Shown one piece after another: positions 46,262 to 56,676 of a stretch of DNA of 59,881 nucleotides (position 1 is its first letter; every line of letters starts with the position of its first letter). The notes under the pieces are model-generated. The model saw nothing but the letters and a program-made list of their open reading frames with translations, searched no databases and was not told where the DNA came from. This DNA is from a virus (taxonomy: Duplodnaviria; Caudoviricetes). The DNA lies in IMG/VR virus record IMGVR_UViG_3300021185_001015, positions 1 to 59,881 of that record; one strand, given 5' to 3'. A program made the translations under genes and the position numbers.

Positions 46262-49018
46262 TTAAAAGTTTACACCGACGCCTACATAGTCTTCACTGAA
46301 GTAGCCTGGTGAATAATTTTGTATAGTAATTATGCCGGAATCTGCCACGCCAAGTGTTTCAGAAACAGGTTTATCTATAGTTATCAGTGGCAAGTCAGTA
46401 GCTGTCTGTGCCTCAGAAATATCTCTATTGATATTTATAACAGGTATTCCACTTATGTGTGTGACATTATCTACTAAAGATTCGTGTTGTAGATCTACTT
46501 GAAATAGGGTTGATCCGTCAACTTGCACTGTATCAGTAACGTCTAATGGAATATATATCAGAGCGTCAAAATTCTCTGATGTTGTAACATTATCAGAAAA
46601 GAATGAAGGAGGTTTCACATTGCTTGCTACAAACGTTTCCGTAATTGTTGCAGTATCTGTGAAGAATCTGTTAAGGGTTAACAGGGGAACAAGAATCTCA
46701 GACGTAACCAGTGTTTCTGATATAACCTTTTCTAAATATTTACTTATACCTGCGCCAGTGTAGTTTACAGGCAAGTATCCGCTATCAACGTAATCTTGAG
46801 AATAATCATCACTAGAAGCAATTGTGTCCGTGAAATTAGGCTCAACTGACAAAGATAGTGCATCTGTACTTGTTGCTGTATTGTCCTCATTGCCGTCATC
46901 GGTTTCATCGGCGAATACTCTCACCCATTGAACTACAATGCTAATAGTATCGTCATTTGATATTACAATATCTTCTGTCTTGAATTCATGCAAATGCAGC
47001 CCATCTGATACTATATTAATAAATGGTGCAAAGTTTATATTATGGGAAATAATCAAGTCGCCAAAAACTTCCATACCGGCTGGATGCATGAGGTCTTTAA
47101 ATCGCTTGACCCATTTCTCTTGTGAAACAGCAGACTTGATAATGTAAGAATAACTCTGAAATTTATAATTGTCTTGAATTCTATTTACATCTGATAACTT
47201 TCCTCTGTCATCTTTGTACTTTCCATCATACAAGTATAAATACTTTGTAACTAAATCTATGTTTAAGCTTTCGCCTGTTTTCGATTCTATTGAAATTGTA
47301 GTCCGTGAATTTATAAATCCTTCGCCAGAATTGATTATTGTCCATGCAGTAGGAACATTATATTCATTTACGGCAGCAACTCTAATTACAGATTTGTTGG
47401 CACCTCCCACGTAGGTGTAATCTTCTAAAAAATAACCAGATACAGCATATGACCCAGAATCATCGCCTGATTCATTGATAAAAAATACATCACCTACTGA
47501 GAATCCAGCATTAGAACCAACGTATGCCCCTGAAGTAACAGAAAACAGAGTTCTGTCTATATAGGCTCTGATATTAACATTTTCTGCTGTAGCATCTCTT
47601 TCTACAATTACAGTTCTGTAGTCACTAGAATCGAAAGACAGTGATATTGATTCTGAAGAAGTATAACCAGTTCCTCCTTCACGAGAAGCAGTTGCAGTTG
47701 CAACCGCAGATCCAAAATCTCCTATACCACCCTCGAAGGTAATATTTGGTGTGCTAGTATATCCAGATCCAGGATTTGTTATTGTTATTCCTGTAACTGC
47801 CCCCAATGAAATAGTTGCAGTAGCGGTAGCAGTGACACCATTTCCTGGAGGAGAATCAAAAACTACAGTAGGTGCAGAAATGTAACCCATTCCCCCTGAT
47901 GTCAATGTCACTTTATTTACATAATCTCCAGGAACAAGAACAATATTAGTTATTTCTCCGTCAGAAACAACTGCTCGTGCTACTGCTCCATAACCACCAT
48001 TTGAATCATATATTTGCACGTCTGGTGCAACAGTATAATCATACCCGCCATTTACAACAGTAAATCCAGTGATAAATCCTCCAGAAACTGTTGCTGTTGC
48101 AGTAGCTTGAGTACCTGGTCCTGGTATATCTGTTATGCCAAGTGGCAAATCAATAATTATTTCATATGATTGAGGAAAAGTTGCAGCAATCTTCTCTACT
48201 CTAGGAATAGTTATAGGTATTGTCTTTGTAAGAGTAACAGATCCAGTAGTTTCGTAATATTTTATATCAGCAACACGACCATTTAAATTCAATACTTCAT
48301 AATTATCATATCCAACAAGAGCACGAACTGATGTTTCTTGTATCCAAATTCCATCGGATGCTCTAAGAATATTTTTGCTAGGATAATAAACTTCAACCTC
48401 TTCGTTATAAAGAAGTTTGAAATATGCCTTTATAGATCGCTCAGACCCCTTTGATTCATATATGTTTTTTATTCTTTTGAGAAGAAGTTTTCTATCAGTT
48501 TGAATTAGTTGCGGAAACGCAGCAGCGAGTTCATTCGCTCTTTGGTTGAGTTCTGCATCGTTAAGATCATCGATGTCAGAGTACTGCTTGTTTAGTAATA
48601 AATTTATAGGATTATTGTTTTCATCCATATACTCAAAGTATTTTTCTATGAATGATACAAATTTATTATAATCTGTTTGAATGAATTCAGGTAGAGAAAA
48701 TTTTACATTAAGTGCAGATTTTTCTTCATACTCAGATGCACTAGCAGATGCAAATCCTAAAACTGCGGTCAAGACAGCACCACTACCGCCGCCGTTTGTA
48801 ACAGTTATGGTAGGCACTGAGGTGTAATTTTTACCAATATTAGTAATATTAACAGTTTGAATTGCACCATTAAATACAGAAGCAGTAGCTGTAGCACCTG
48901 ATCCGCCACCACCACTTATAGTAATAGTAGGAGGCACAGCAGAATTATATCCAGAACCACCATCTACAATCGTGATACTAGAAATATAGTTTAAGTATTC
49001 AGGTATTTGATGTGACAT
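46262..49018 (-). CDS. gp7: Baseplate wedge initiator (gp7-like) with GGxGY repeat insertions and C-terminal extension
   Basis: FVSFIEKYFEYM, YESKGSERSIKAYFKLLY, IQDNYKFQSYSY, HPAGMEVFG. Confidence 0.85.
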   Translation of the reverse strand: MSHQIPEYLNYISSITIVDGGSGYNSAVPPTITISGGGGSGATATASVFNGAIQTVNITNIGKNYTSVPTITVTNGGGSGAVLTAVLGFASASASEYEEKSALNVKFSLPEFIQTDYNKFVSFIEKYFEYMDENNNPINLLLNKQYSDIDDLNDAELNQRANELAAAFPQLIQTDRKLLLKRIKNIYESKGSERSIKAYFKLLYNEEVEVYYPSKNILRASDGIWIQETSVRALVGYDNYEVLNLNGRVADIKYYETTGSVTLTKTIPITIPRVEKIAATFPQSYEIIIDLPLGITDIPGPGTQATATATVSGGFITGFTVVNGGYDYTVAPDVQIYDSNGGYGAVARAVVSDGEITNIVLVPGDYVNKVTLTSGGMGYISAPTVVFDSPPGNGVTATATATISLGAVTGITITNPGSGYTSTPNITFEGGIGDFGSAVATATASREGGTGYTSSESISLSFDSSDYRTVIVERDATAENVNIRAYIDRTLFSVTSGAYVGSNAGFSVGDVFFINESGDDSGSYAVSGYFLEDYTYVGGANKSVIRVAAVNEYNVPTAWTIINSGEGFINSRTTISIESKTGESLNIDLVTKYLYLYDGKYKDDRGKLSDVNRIQDNYKFQSYSYIIKSAVSQEKWVKRFKDLMHPAGMEVFGDLIISHNINFAPFINIVSDGLHLHEFKTEDIVISNDDTISIVVQWVRVFADETDDGNEDNTATSTDALSLSVEPNFTDTIASSDDYSQDYVDSGYLPVNYTGAGISKYLEKVISETLVTSEILVPLLTLNRFFTDTATITETFVASNVKPPSFFSDNVTTSENFDALIYIPLDVTDTVQVDGSTLFQVDLQHESLVDNVTHISGIPVININRDISEAQTATDLPLITIDKPVSETLGVADSGIITIQNYSPGYFSEDYVGVGVNF

Positions 49019-50922
49019 TAATAGCCTTCAATCTCAGCAGTAACTGATATGTCTAGTCCTCTACGTGATCCTGTGACGGTATTCAATGCGCTAGTGTCCA
49101 AAGTCAACACTGTGTTTTGAGATGCTTTTGCTACAACTGGTCCAGTAGATGTCTCGGACGTTCTATTCAATACGGACGTGCTTATATCTTTTGAGTCGTC
49201 ATGTGGTCTAGTTCTAAATTTTATTTCAGTGTCCGTTCCGTACAAAGAAGTAACCATAATACTACCAAGTGTCAACTTACCTGTATCATAGTCAATAGTT
49301 CCTACATTTTGTAGTTTTGTTCCTGATGAATCTACTAGATATACAACACCAGAACCATTGTATTCTGGCGCAACTACGTCAGAATTAGGAATATCTTGAA
49401 ACTTTACTTTGTAGTTAATGGTGTTTAGTGTCGCATTAAACCAAGTACTATGCAACTCTCTAGGCTGCACTCTACTATTAAAACTGAATGTATAATTTTT
49501 ATCAACATTGAGATTTGCTTCAATTCTCTTCTGTAGCGTAGGAGTAATGTTTACAGAGATAATTGAAGGCGATACTGCCTTTACTATATTGTGTATCCGT
49601 GAATAATAAAAATTCTTATTCAATTGATTCAAATCTGTATTGAAGTAATTACTAATTGCAGTCGAAACGGCATTGCTGATTTGACCAGAGGTGAGAGATG
49701 TTTTTGATGGATCATACACAACACCCACTTTGAGACCGATGTAAGTATACTCAGGATCTACAAATTCTGGTAATATTGCAACTGGTGCCCGAGGAGAAAC
49801 AAGACTAGTAATAATACTATCTTTAACTTCTTGTGTAATTATTTGTCCTTCCACAGGAGAAAGAGAAATAAACACTTTACCGTAAATTGGAGGATCGTTA
49901 TTTTCTCCGCCCCAGACTGAAGCTGACTGTACGCTAGGATTGTCGGCTAGTATAAGACTTCTATAATCAGTAGCAGTTACCATTCTTTCTTTTGTCTGAT
50001 TGAAGATCGGCGCTGTTTTTCTAATACTGTCAATACTTTCTTTTTCTGCACCCCCAAGAGCTGCTGTCACATTTGAAAATAATTTATCTTCTCCTGAGCC
50101 AGTCAACGTAGTTGCATTTGTAAAACTTTTTGCCCCGTTAGGAAGTGAGCCGTTTGAAACAATATAATCAATAATAACTATATTACCTGCTTCCAATTTT
50201 TTGCCAAAAACATCGTCTCCAAAACGAAGAACATAGTTACCATGAACTTCTTCTTCTAAGAAATATACTTTATCTTTATCCTTTAAATCGAGAAGAGATT
50301 TGGTTTCTAAAAAAGTTTCTACTGTTAAATTGGTTGTAGACTTTTGCACCCTAACACGAATAGATGATGTATCCACATTACTGTTAGGTAAAGTTATTGG
50401 TCCAGATAAAGAATTAGCATCTATCAAAAAACTATTGGATACACGAGTACCTTCTTTTAGTTCTAAATTATCGAAGAAAAATTTATCTACTCCATCAAAT
50501 GTTTGACGAGTCGCAGTAACATCTTTAGATGGGTAAAATTTGTATGAGTTACCATCGATTGTGCTAGTAAAAACTGTATCTCTCGACAAAGTATAGGTTA
50601 TATCAGTATATGAAGATGCGGGAGTAAGATAAAAATCAACGTATCCTGTTGATGATCTTCTTGATCTAGGCGTGTATCCTAATGACTTGGCGATAGAGAC
50701 TACCGAACTTCTCTTAATTGCACTATCAAGAAATGATTCGTTTGCCAACATATGAGCAAGAACTGCATTATAATGCGTATTATACGCTAATGTGTCCAAA
50801 AGAACAGACAGTGCTGAGCCTTCAAAATCGTAGTCGCTAAACTCGTCTTGAGCTTGCATGAAGGTTTTTAATGACTGCTTTATATTAGCAAAGTCTAATT
50901 CTGTTACATTTAATTGTGCCAT
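49018..50922 (-). CDS. gp6: Baseplate wedge subunit
   Basis: ELDFANIK, DYDFEGS.LSVLLD.LAYNTHY, FGDDVFGK, VTATDY, VWGGE..PP.YGKVFI. Confidence 0.96.
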   Translation of the reverse strand: MAQLNVTELDFANIKQSLKTFMQAQDEFSDYDFEGSALSVLLDTLAYNTHYNAVLAHMLANESFLDSAIKRSSVVSIAKSLGYTPRSRRSSTGYVDFYLTPASSYTDITYTLSRDTVFTSTIDGNSYKFYPSKDVTATRQTFDGVDKFFFDNLELKEGTRVSNSFLIDANSLSGPITLPNSNVDTSSIRVRVQKSTTNLTVETFLETKSLLDLKDKDKVYFLEEEVHGNYVLRFGDDVFGKKLEAGNIVIIDYIVSNGSLPNGAKSFTNATTLTGSGEDKLFSNVTAALGGAEKESIDSIRKTAPIFNQTKERMVTATDYRSLILADNPSVQSASVWGGENNDPPIYGKVFISLSPVEGQIITQEVKDSIITSLVSPRAPVAILPEFVDPEYTYIGLKVGVVYDPSKTSLTSGQISNAVSTAISNYFNTDLNQLNKNFYYSRIHNIVKAVSPSIISVNITPTLQKRIEANLNVDKNYTFSFNSRVQPRELHSTWFNATLNTINYKVKFQDIPNSDVVAPEYNGSGVVYLVDSSGTKLQNVGTIDYDTGKLTLGSIMVTSLYGTDTEIKFRTRPHDDSKDISTSVLNRTSETSTGPVVAKASQNTVLTLDTSALNTVTGSRRGLDISVTAEIEGY

Positions 50923-50926
50923 TAGT

Positions 50927-51331
50927 CTACCTTAATCTTTTTAGGCTAGTCGTTAATATTTGAGGTATATCTACGCCAACAACAGTATATCTGAGAGTGA
51001 CCTCGTATTGGTTTCCATCGTAGTCAGGAGTAACAACAACTGAATCTACTCTAGCTCTAGGTTCGTAAGATGATATAACATTTTTTACAGAATTTTGCAG
51101 CAATGCTGCTAATGTACTAGACATCTGTTCGAACAAAAAGCCTCTTAGATTAGCGCCCTTATCAGGTGCAAACGGCCTTTCGTAGAAGTTTGTACTTAGT
51201 AGAATCAATATAGATTGCTTGACTGCATTTACATCTAGCTTCTTAGCAACATCTCCAGTTACAGGATTTGCTGTGAAGTTCAAATCAAGGTCTTTATATA
51301 TTCTTGATACTTTTAAAGTTTCTGTTGTCAT
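50927..51331 (-). CDS. gp25: Baseplate wedge subunit
   Basis: YKDLDLNF..NPVTGD, ERPF.P..G, YEPRA. Confidence 0.95.
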   Translation of the reverse strand: MTTETLKVSRIYKDLDLNFTANPVTGDVAKKLDVNAVKQSILILLSTNFYERPFAPDKGANLRGFLFEQMSSTLAALLQNSVKNVISSYEPRARVDSVVVTPDYDGNQYEVTLRYTVVGVDIPQILTTSLKRLR

Positions 51332-51336
51332 ATGCG

Positions 51337-51344
51337 TATTTATA
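51337..51344 (-). promoter_or_regulatory. Late promoter 5 nt upstream of gp25 start
   Basis: TATAAATA-CGCAT-ATG. Confidence 0.7.
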
Positions 51345-51354
51345 ACAGTTTACG

Positions 51355-51987
51355 TTATATTCCTATGCTATTAGGTATTTCAACATTAATAAAGTTTTCT
51401 GCTTCTTCTTTTTTCTTTTTCACTGCATCAATTCGATATACAAAATCTTTTATTTCTGGTATTTGTATTCCTAACAAATCTGCAATAGGACTTCTTTTCG
51501 GCGTAATTATAGGTGTTCCTTTAAGAACTAAGCCGGCGCCGTCTTCTTCAAAGTTCGGTATCTTCTGACATAGATTATTTAAATCGAGAGCACCATCTTT
51601 AAGTAGTTGTGGAATTTTTTGAATATCAATATCACCTAAATTTAATCCTGAATATTTTGTCGAAAGATTTTTGACTTCATTCGCAATGTCATCTGCTGCA
51701 AGTTTTGCGTTTAAAATATCAGAAGCAAAACTTTGAATATCAGATTGTAGTCCTTTTATTTCTTCTGGTATCTCAATCTCTGGCAAATATTCTTTCAATT
51801 TACTTGTTACCAACTCTTGTATAGCGGCTGCATCAGATGCCATAGCTATAATAGCAGCGGCATCTGCAATTGACTGATTTTGAGCAGGAGTAATTGGTAT
51901 TTTATCAATTAGCTTGTCTATTATATCATTAGTACTGCCGATAGATTGAGTCAGTTCTACTAACTTTTCAGTTGCTCCACAACTCAT
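51355..51987 (-). CDS. Hypothetical helical protein between gp5 and gp25
   Basis: 210 aa ORF with AGGAG RBS. Confidence 0.7.
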   Translation of the reverse strand: MSCGATEKLVELTQSIGSTNDIIDKLIDKIPITPAQNQSIADAAAIIAMASDAAAIQELVTSKLKEYLPEIEIPEEIKGLQSDIQSFASDILNAKLAADDIANEVKNLSTKYSGLNLGDIDIQKIPQLLKDGALDLNNLCQKIPNFEEDGAGLVLKGTPIITPKRSPIADLLGIQIPEIKDFVYRIDAVKKKKEEAENFINVEIPNSIGI

Positions 51988-51997
51988 ATTTTACTCC

Positions 51998-53539
51998 TTA
52001 TGGTGCAGGTGTGCCTGTTAGAGGAGCCGCTGATCCTCCAACAGTATGTTTGTGGGTACCGAGAATAATGCTACCTTGTCTTACTATTGTTCCTGATGCA
52101 GTTCCTACTACAGTTAAGTTACCTGTTATAGTGTATGCTCCAGTGTGTGAAGTAACTCCTGTAATATTTCTAGAAGCTGCAACAATTGTCTGTAGAGGCG
52201 TTGTAATCATCTGTGACGCAACAGCAGATAATGTCTGTACTGTGCTTGCTTCAACTAATTGTACCGCAGCAGTTACTGTTTGATTCAATGCAGCAGACAA
52301 TGACATATTCAAACTCAATGCTTTGAAATCACCAACAGGAGCATTCATACTGACATTGCCAGTAGTACTCATGACCTTATATCCTAAAATTGATGTGTGC
52401 GAAGTTGAACCTACTGATATGCTTGTCACATTTCCTCCTATCGTTGCAAAAGAATTGCCTCCAACGGTAGTAGTACTGTCTTTGATAACAGAATCTGTTT
52501 TACTGCCACCAACTCGGAGTGCTTGATCTCTCTTGATAGAAGAATTTTGTCCAGACAATACTTCAGTTAAATCATTGCCTATAACCTTAGTAACTCTATT
52601 ACCTGCTACTGTAGTGAATAAGTTGCCGCCAATTTCTTGATACATGTCTCCAGTTACGAGCATTCGTGCATCGCCGCCGATAGTGACATCACACGACCCT
52701 TTGATATAAACTTTTTTGTCTTTTAGTGTTATCTCGTATTCATCACCTACGACTTTGGTGATCTTTGAGCCGTCTGCCTGAATTTCATAGAATGTTCCAG
52801 CAGTATGGTATTCGTGTATTCTTTCATTGTTCGGTGTGTCATCTATCTCAAATACGTGACCGCCTTCTGTCTCATTCACTTTGTTGTAAGGATAAACAGA
52901 ACATTTATTATCAAAATTTGGCTGTTGATTTGACGAATTATAGGTATAACTAGCATCACCAAATCTAGGATGTGGCTCTTCCCACACTTCTCTATCGTAT
53001 ACTGCTCCTGGTATGTCAGATGCAACAGATTCAACATGAGGAGCTGCTGCACGTGGAATCGCTTCTTGTCTCGCTGCTCTTTTGTTTGCTAGGCTTACAT
53101 GACCTTCTGCAATCGCATTTCTTGCTAGTCTAGATAAATCAGATTCTTGAAGTCCGTTGAGACCTGTGCCAACTTCACTTCTTGGATACTTGCCAGAAGG
53201 ATCAGAAAAGCCAATGTCTTTGTCTCTTTTATTTCTTGGCTTACCTGGCAAAGTTCCTATAATAATAGGGAGTTGTTCGTCTTCTCCATCACTAAAAAAT
53301 CCAAGAACAGTAGTACCTTGAACAAATGATGGAGTCTCACCTATACCTGATATTCCTGGAGAGGTTGTAGGCGTTACAGGTACTGCCCAAGGCAAGTCTA
53401 CTGTTGGTAGTTCATTTTTATCTTCAGTATGATATCCTATTATTCGTACACGGCATCTGCCGAGCATAGCAGGATCTGCTCGATCTTCAACAATACCTAC
53501 CCACCAATTAAACTTAGGATACATATTATTCTTCTCCAC
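51998..53539 (-). CDS. gp5: Baseplate hub/central spike protein lacking a lysozyme domain
   Basis: OB-fold WWVGIVEDRADP..LGRCRVR, YPYNKV.ETEGGH.FE.DDTP, beta-helix repeats, C-terminal THKH. Confidence 0.92.
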   Translation of the reverse strand: MEKNNMYPKFNWWVGIVEDRADPAMLGRCRVRIIGYHTEDKNELPTVDLPWAVPVTPTTSPGISGIGETPSFVQGTTVLGFFSDGEDEQLPIIIGTLPGKPRNKRDKDIGFSDPSGKYPRSEVGTGLNGLQESDLSRLARNAIAEGHVSLANKRAARQEAIPRAAAPHVESVASDIPGAVYDREVWEEPHPRFGDASYTYNSSNQQPNFDNKCSVYPYNKVNETEGGHVFEIDDTPNNERIHEYHTAGTFYEIQADGSKITKVVGDEYEITLKDKKVYIKGSCDVTIGGDARMLVTGDMYQEIGGNLFTTVAGNRVTKVIGNDLTEVLSGQNSSIKRDQALRVGGSKTDSVIKDSTTTVGGNSFATIGGNVTSISVGSTSHTSILGYKVMSTTGNVSMNAPVGDFKALSLNMSLSAALNQTVTAAVQLVEASTVQTLSAVASQMITTPLQTIVAASRNITGVTSHTGAYTITGNLTVVGTASGTIVRQGSIILGTHKHTVGGSAAPLTGTPAP

Positions 53540-54899
53540 TCATATCAACACTATCCGGTGAATCAGAGAGCCCATTCTTAATCATTTCAACTGTCATAAT
53601 ATGTCTGTCTGCATTGAATTTGTGATGTATAGCTGATATTATGTACAGTCCTGATAGCATAGGATCCAAAACAGTACTAGTAGATCCAGCAGTTGGAGCT
53701 TCAGCAGATGGATACAACAGACTTATTACATGCCCAACATTGATATCAGTTCTGCCAGGTAAAGTCGCTTCAAACTTGTAATTTTCAAAGGAATTCAAAT
53801 AACTTTTTCTATTACTTATTCTATCTACAATAGTCTGAGCTGTTGATCCCGCAGGCAAATCTTCTTCATCTGTTAGTCCAAAATCATTGTATAGACCAGT
53901 ATTCTGTGAATAGTATGTCTTGTTAGATAGAGCATTTCTTTTAAGATTCGGTGGCAATATATTAGTAGGTCCAGTTTTTTGAAATTTATCCATGTTTTCA
54001 ATAAAATCAAAATCACTACGAACAATCTTCTTTGTATAGAAATCATACCCGGCTATCGTTGAAGCAAATGCGCCTCTGTTATTACCATCAAGAGTATCGA
54101 TACTAGTTAGAAGTTTTAAATTCTCAATTGCTGTCATTGAAGAAGGAAACTGATTGCCTACATATGTTAGAGATGGATTGATCCTTCGTGGCATTTTTGC
54201 ACCATTTCTTTCTAATACATACTCATCAAAAATTCCACCTTTTATCTGAGCATCAATCAAAGACTCAATACTTGCAAAATAAAATGATTTATTTGTCTCA
54301 AAGAATAAGTAATCAGAACCGTTGAGAGTGCTGCCTTTTGCTCGCTTGGCGACAAAGTTCATATTCTTAAAAGGAGACCAGTAATTTGAAGTGTATTTTA
54401 TTCTGCTTACGTGTGGAGTATCAAATATTATCAAAGGCCTATCAACTTCGATATATTCCTCATATATTTTTTTGACTACTGCATCAGTAGAATCATTATA
54501 AGATTTGCCCACAACTGTAGTCTGGTTTTCATACCCTTCAGGAGATATGAAAGATATGTTGTAAAACTGAGATCTGTCATCGTTTAGAATTCTATCGTAT
54601 ATTGCATATACTTGAAATGTTTTCTGTATTACGTTTTCAGGTGAATCCTCAAGAGTGGGTGTTCTGAATTTCACTGTAATAAATTCATTGCCAACGATAG
54701 GCAAGTTTGATATCAAGTTTGCAGCATCAGCAAGGATAACATTTCCAGTCATGCAAAAAGAAAATAAATCTTCGTAAAGATTTATTTCCATCATAAAGTC
54801 AGTGATGTCGGCAGTTGCTTCAGTGCTAGGACTAGTGATAAGCAATTGCTCTATTTTATAATCACCTGCATGTATTAGTGATTCAGACGAGGAATCCAT
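53526..54899 (-). CDS. Baseplate hub protein (gp27-like)
   Basis: INLYEDLF, LPIVGNE, YLFFET, LPGRT...G, LSGLYIISAIHH; between gp53 and gp5. Confidence 0.65.
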   Translation of the reverse strand: MDSSSESLIHAGDYKIEQLLITSPSTEATADITDFMMEINLYEDLFSFCMTGNVILADAANLISNLPIVGNEFITVKFRTPTLEDSPENVIQKTFQVYAIYDRILNDDRSQFYNISFISPEGYENQTTVVGKSYNDSTDAVVKKIYEEYIEVDRPLIIFDTPHVSRIKYTSNYWSPFKNMNFVAKRAKGSTLNGSDYLFFETNKSFYFASIESLIDAQIKGGIFDEYVLERNGAKMPRRINPSLTYVGNQFPSSMTAIENLKLLTSIDTLDGNNRGAFASTIAGYDFYTKKIVRSDFDFIENMDKFQKTGPTNILPPNLKRNALSNKTYYSQNTGLYNDFGLTDEEDLPAGSTAQTIVDRISNRKSYLNSFENYKFEATLPGRTDINVGHVISLLYPSAEAPTAGSTSTVLDPMLSGLYIISAIHHKFNADRHIMTVEMIKNGLSDSPDSVDMSGEE

Positions 54900-54900
54900 A

Positions 54901-55407
54901 TTACTGATCCATTAAACTTTTGTATTTGTTTATGAAACCAGCTAAAAAGTCATTTCTTAGTATTAATATCTGTCTCTTTTTTTCGTTCTCATCAACTTCA
55001 TAGTCTATATTTGAAACTGCTTCTATGCTACCGTTAGCAATACCTACCGCATCATAATCAACTATAATTGTTATATCATCTGCTAGGCGATAGTGATGGT
55101 CTTTACCAGAATTGCCAACACCATGTTTAGATTCTGTATATGCAAAAATTTCTTCTTGTCTTTTTGGCCACTCTTCGTGTACGTTGACAATATCGTTTAC
55201 GGTCAAAAGAATCCAATGGTAGTTAGAAGATCCATAAAGATTATTGGCTATTATATCAGGAGTTTCTCCGTTTTTAACATAGTAAGCCTCTAGTGCTGCT
55301 CGACTAGTTAGTTTTCTATCAAGACCTACTCGCTGAAAGATGTCTTTCGTATTAATAGTTTCGCCGTTTGCTTTGTACGAAATTTTTGGCATCGCTTTAA
55401 AAAACAT
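54901..55407 (-). CDS. gp53: Baseplate wedge protein (LysM-like)
   Basis: GETPDIIANNLYG...HWILLTVN, NEKKRQI. Confidence 0.92.
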   Translation of the reverse strand: MFFKAMPKISYKANGETINTKDIFQRVGLDRKLTSRAALEAYYVKNGETPDIIANNLYGSSNYHWILLTVNDIVNVHEEWPKRQEEIFAYTESKHGVGNSGKDHHYRLADDITIIVDYDAVGIANGSIEAVSNIDYEVDENEKKRQILILRNDFLAGFINKYKSLMDQ

Positions 55408-56621
55408 TAGTAACCTTCCGCTATTCTATCATTAGTTAGGGTTTCAAGTTCTGTGAACGCCAACTGCATGTTTATTTCTGCTGGTGCACCTCTCGTGCCT
55501 TTAAATGTAGTAAATGCGTCTTGATTGCCGTATGTTATTTTTATATCTGTTAGCGCACAAGAAGAAATTTTACTTAGATGTGTATTTTCTTCTCCTTTGT
55601 ACATATACTGTATATTAAATTCTGATGGATATTCTAAGAATAGACCGGTAGGATCATTCTCTGGATGCATGTGATATTTAAAAAGTCGGATTATTCTTTG
55701 TACTTCATTGTATTCCGTTTCATTTCTAGGAACAAACTTATAGTTGAATGCGAACTGTCTAAAGCCCATGTTAGAGAATAGTTGCTCTTTATATGGATTA
55801 GCCACTTTACCAGATGCTAAGTCAAGAGATGCTCCTATTTCGCCCGTAATACCCAAACCAGATGGCAATGAAGCCGCAGCTTTTATTGCCCCTCTAGCAA
55901 CAAGGTCACCAACACCGCCAGCAGTACTCAAAAGACCTTCTTTATCGAGCAACTCTCCTGCGCCGGCTAATGCACCGAGTTCTTTGTTTTCCCAGTTTGC
56001 TGAATATTGAGCAACAGGAGGAGCTGCAACGTGAAGTTCTATTACTCCTAGAGTTCTGACTTTGGTGACTGTTTCTATAACAGATTCTGCAAGTGTTACT
56101 CCTGCAAAAGCGACCGTGCCGCCTCCTGCAATAGATGCTAAAGCCTTTCCTAATTTTGATGCGTTGCCTGTAAGACCAGCAATACTGGCACCTGCACCTG
56201 AACCCAAGAGAAATCCAGCAACTCCTCCTGCTCCTTTTGCGAGAGTTTTTGCTTGATCAGCAGTCACTCTATTTTCAGAGGTAGAATCTACTGTCTCCAG
56301 AGATCTTACTGGGCCGGCCCAATCACGCCCATTTGACTGCAAAGAAATGTTGGTTTGCTCGGCTACTCGACTGTTTGACCTTGCGTTGATGAAGAATCGA
56401 ACACTGTGAGGTTGATAATCGTCATCGCCCACTCGCTTAGGATATTCGAGAACAGTTGGACTACTGAATATAAAAGCTGACGCCAGGTCTCGGTCTCTAG
56501 CATCTCGTTCGGCAATTTTTTTCGCTTCTTCCGCAATTGTTTTATTGCGCTCATCTTGATTTACTTTTGCCGAGGAGGATTGATCAAGCACCCTGCCTAC
56601 CCTGTCTGCCATATCACCCAT
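55407..56621 (-). CDS. gp48: Baseplate tail tube cap
   Basis: NPYKEQLF..MGFRQFAFNYKFVPRN..E, YPSEF.I, CALTDI, LAFTELE. Confidence 0.88.
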   Translation of the reverse strand: MGDMADRVGRVLDQSSSAKVNQDERNKTIAEEAKKIAERDARDRDLASAFIFSSPTVLEYPKRVGDDDYQPHSVRFFINARSNSRVAEQTNISLQSNGRDWAGPVRSLETVDSTSENRVTADQAKTLAKGAGGVAGFLLGSGAGASIAGLTGNASKLGKALASIAGGGTVAFAGVTLAESVIETVTKVRTLGVIELHVAAPPVAQYSANWENKELGALAGAGELLDKEGLLSTAGGVGDLVARGAIKAAASLPSGLGITGEIGASLDLASGKVANPYKEQLFSNMGFRQFAFNYKFVPRNETEYNEVQRIIRLFKYHMHPENDPTGLFLEYPSEFNIQYMYKGEENTHLSKISSCALTDIKITYGNQDAFTTFKGTRGAPAEINMQLAFTELETLTNDRIAEGY

Positions 56622-56651
56622 TTCTTTTCCTGCGTAAAGAATTGTTTTCTT

Positions 56652-56659
56652 TATTTATA
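56652..56659 (-). promoter_or_regulatory. Late promoter for baseplate operon
   Basis: GTTATAAATA intergenic. Confidence 0.8.
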
Positions 56660-56676
56660 ACAGGAATACAAGATGT

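Noticed and set aside
46432-46439. Intragenic TATAAATA near the end of gp7
   Set aside because: It lies inside coding sequence about 200 nt from the next start and could be chance in AT-rich DNA, so it was not called.
2759-56256. Many short antisense or alternate-frame ORFs in the track (for example 2784-3173, 14091-14444, 38834-39835, 51972-52283)
   Set aside because: They overlap well-supported phage genes, have no motifs, and reflect codon bias of the real strand.
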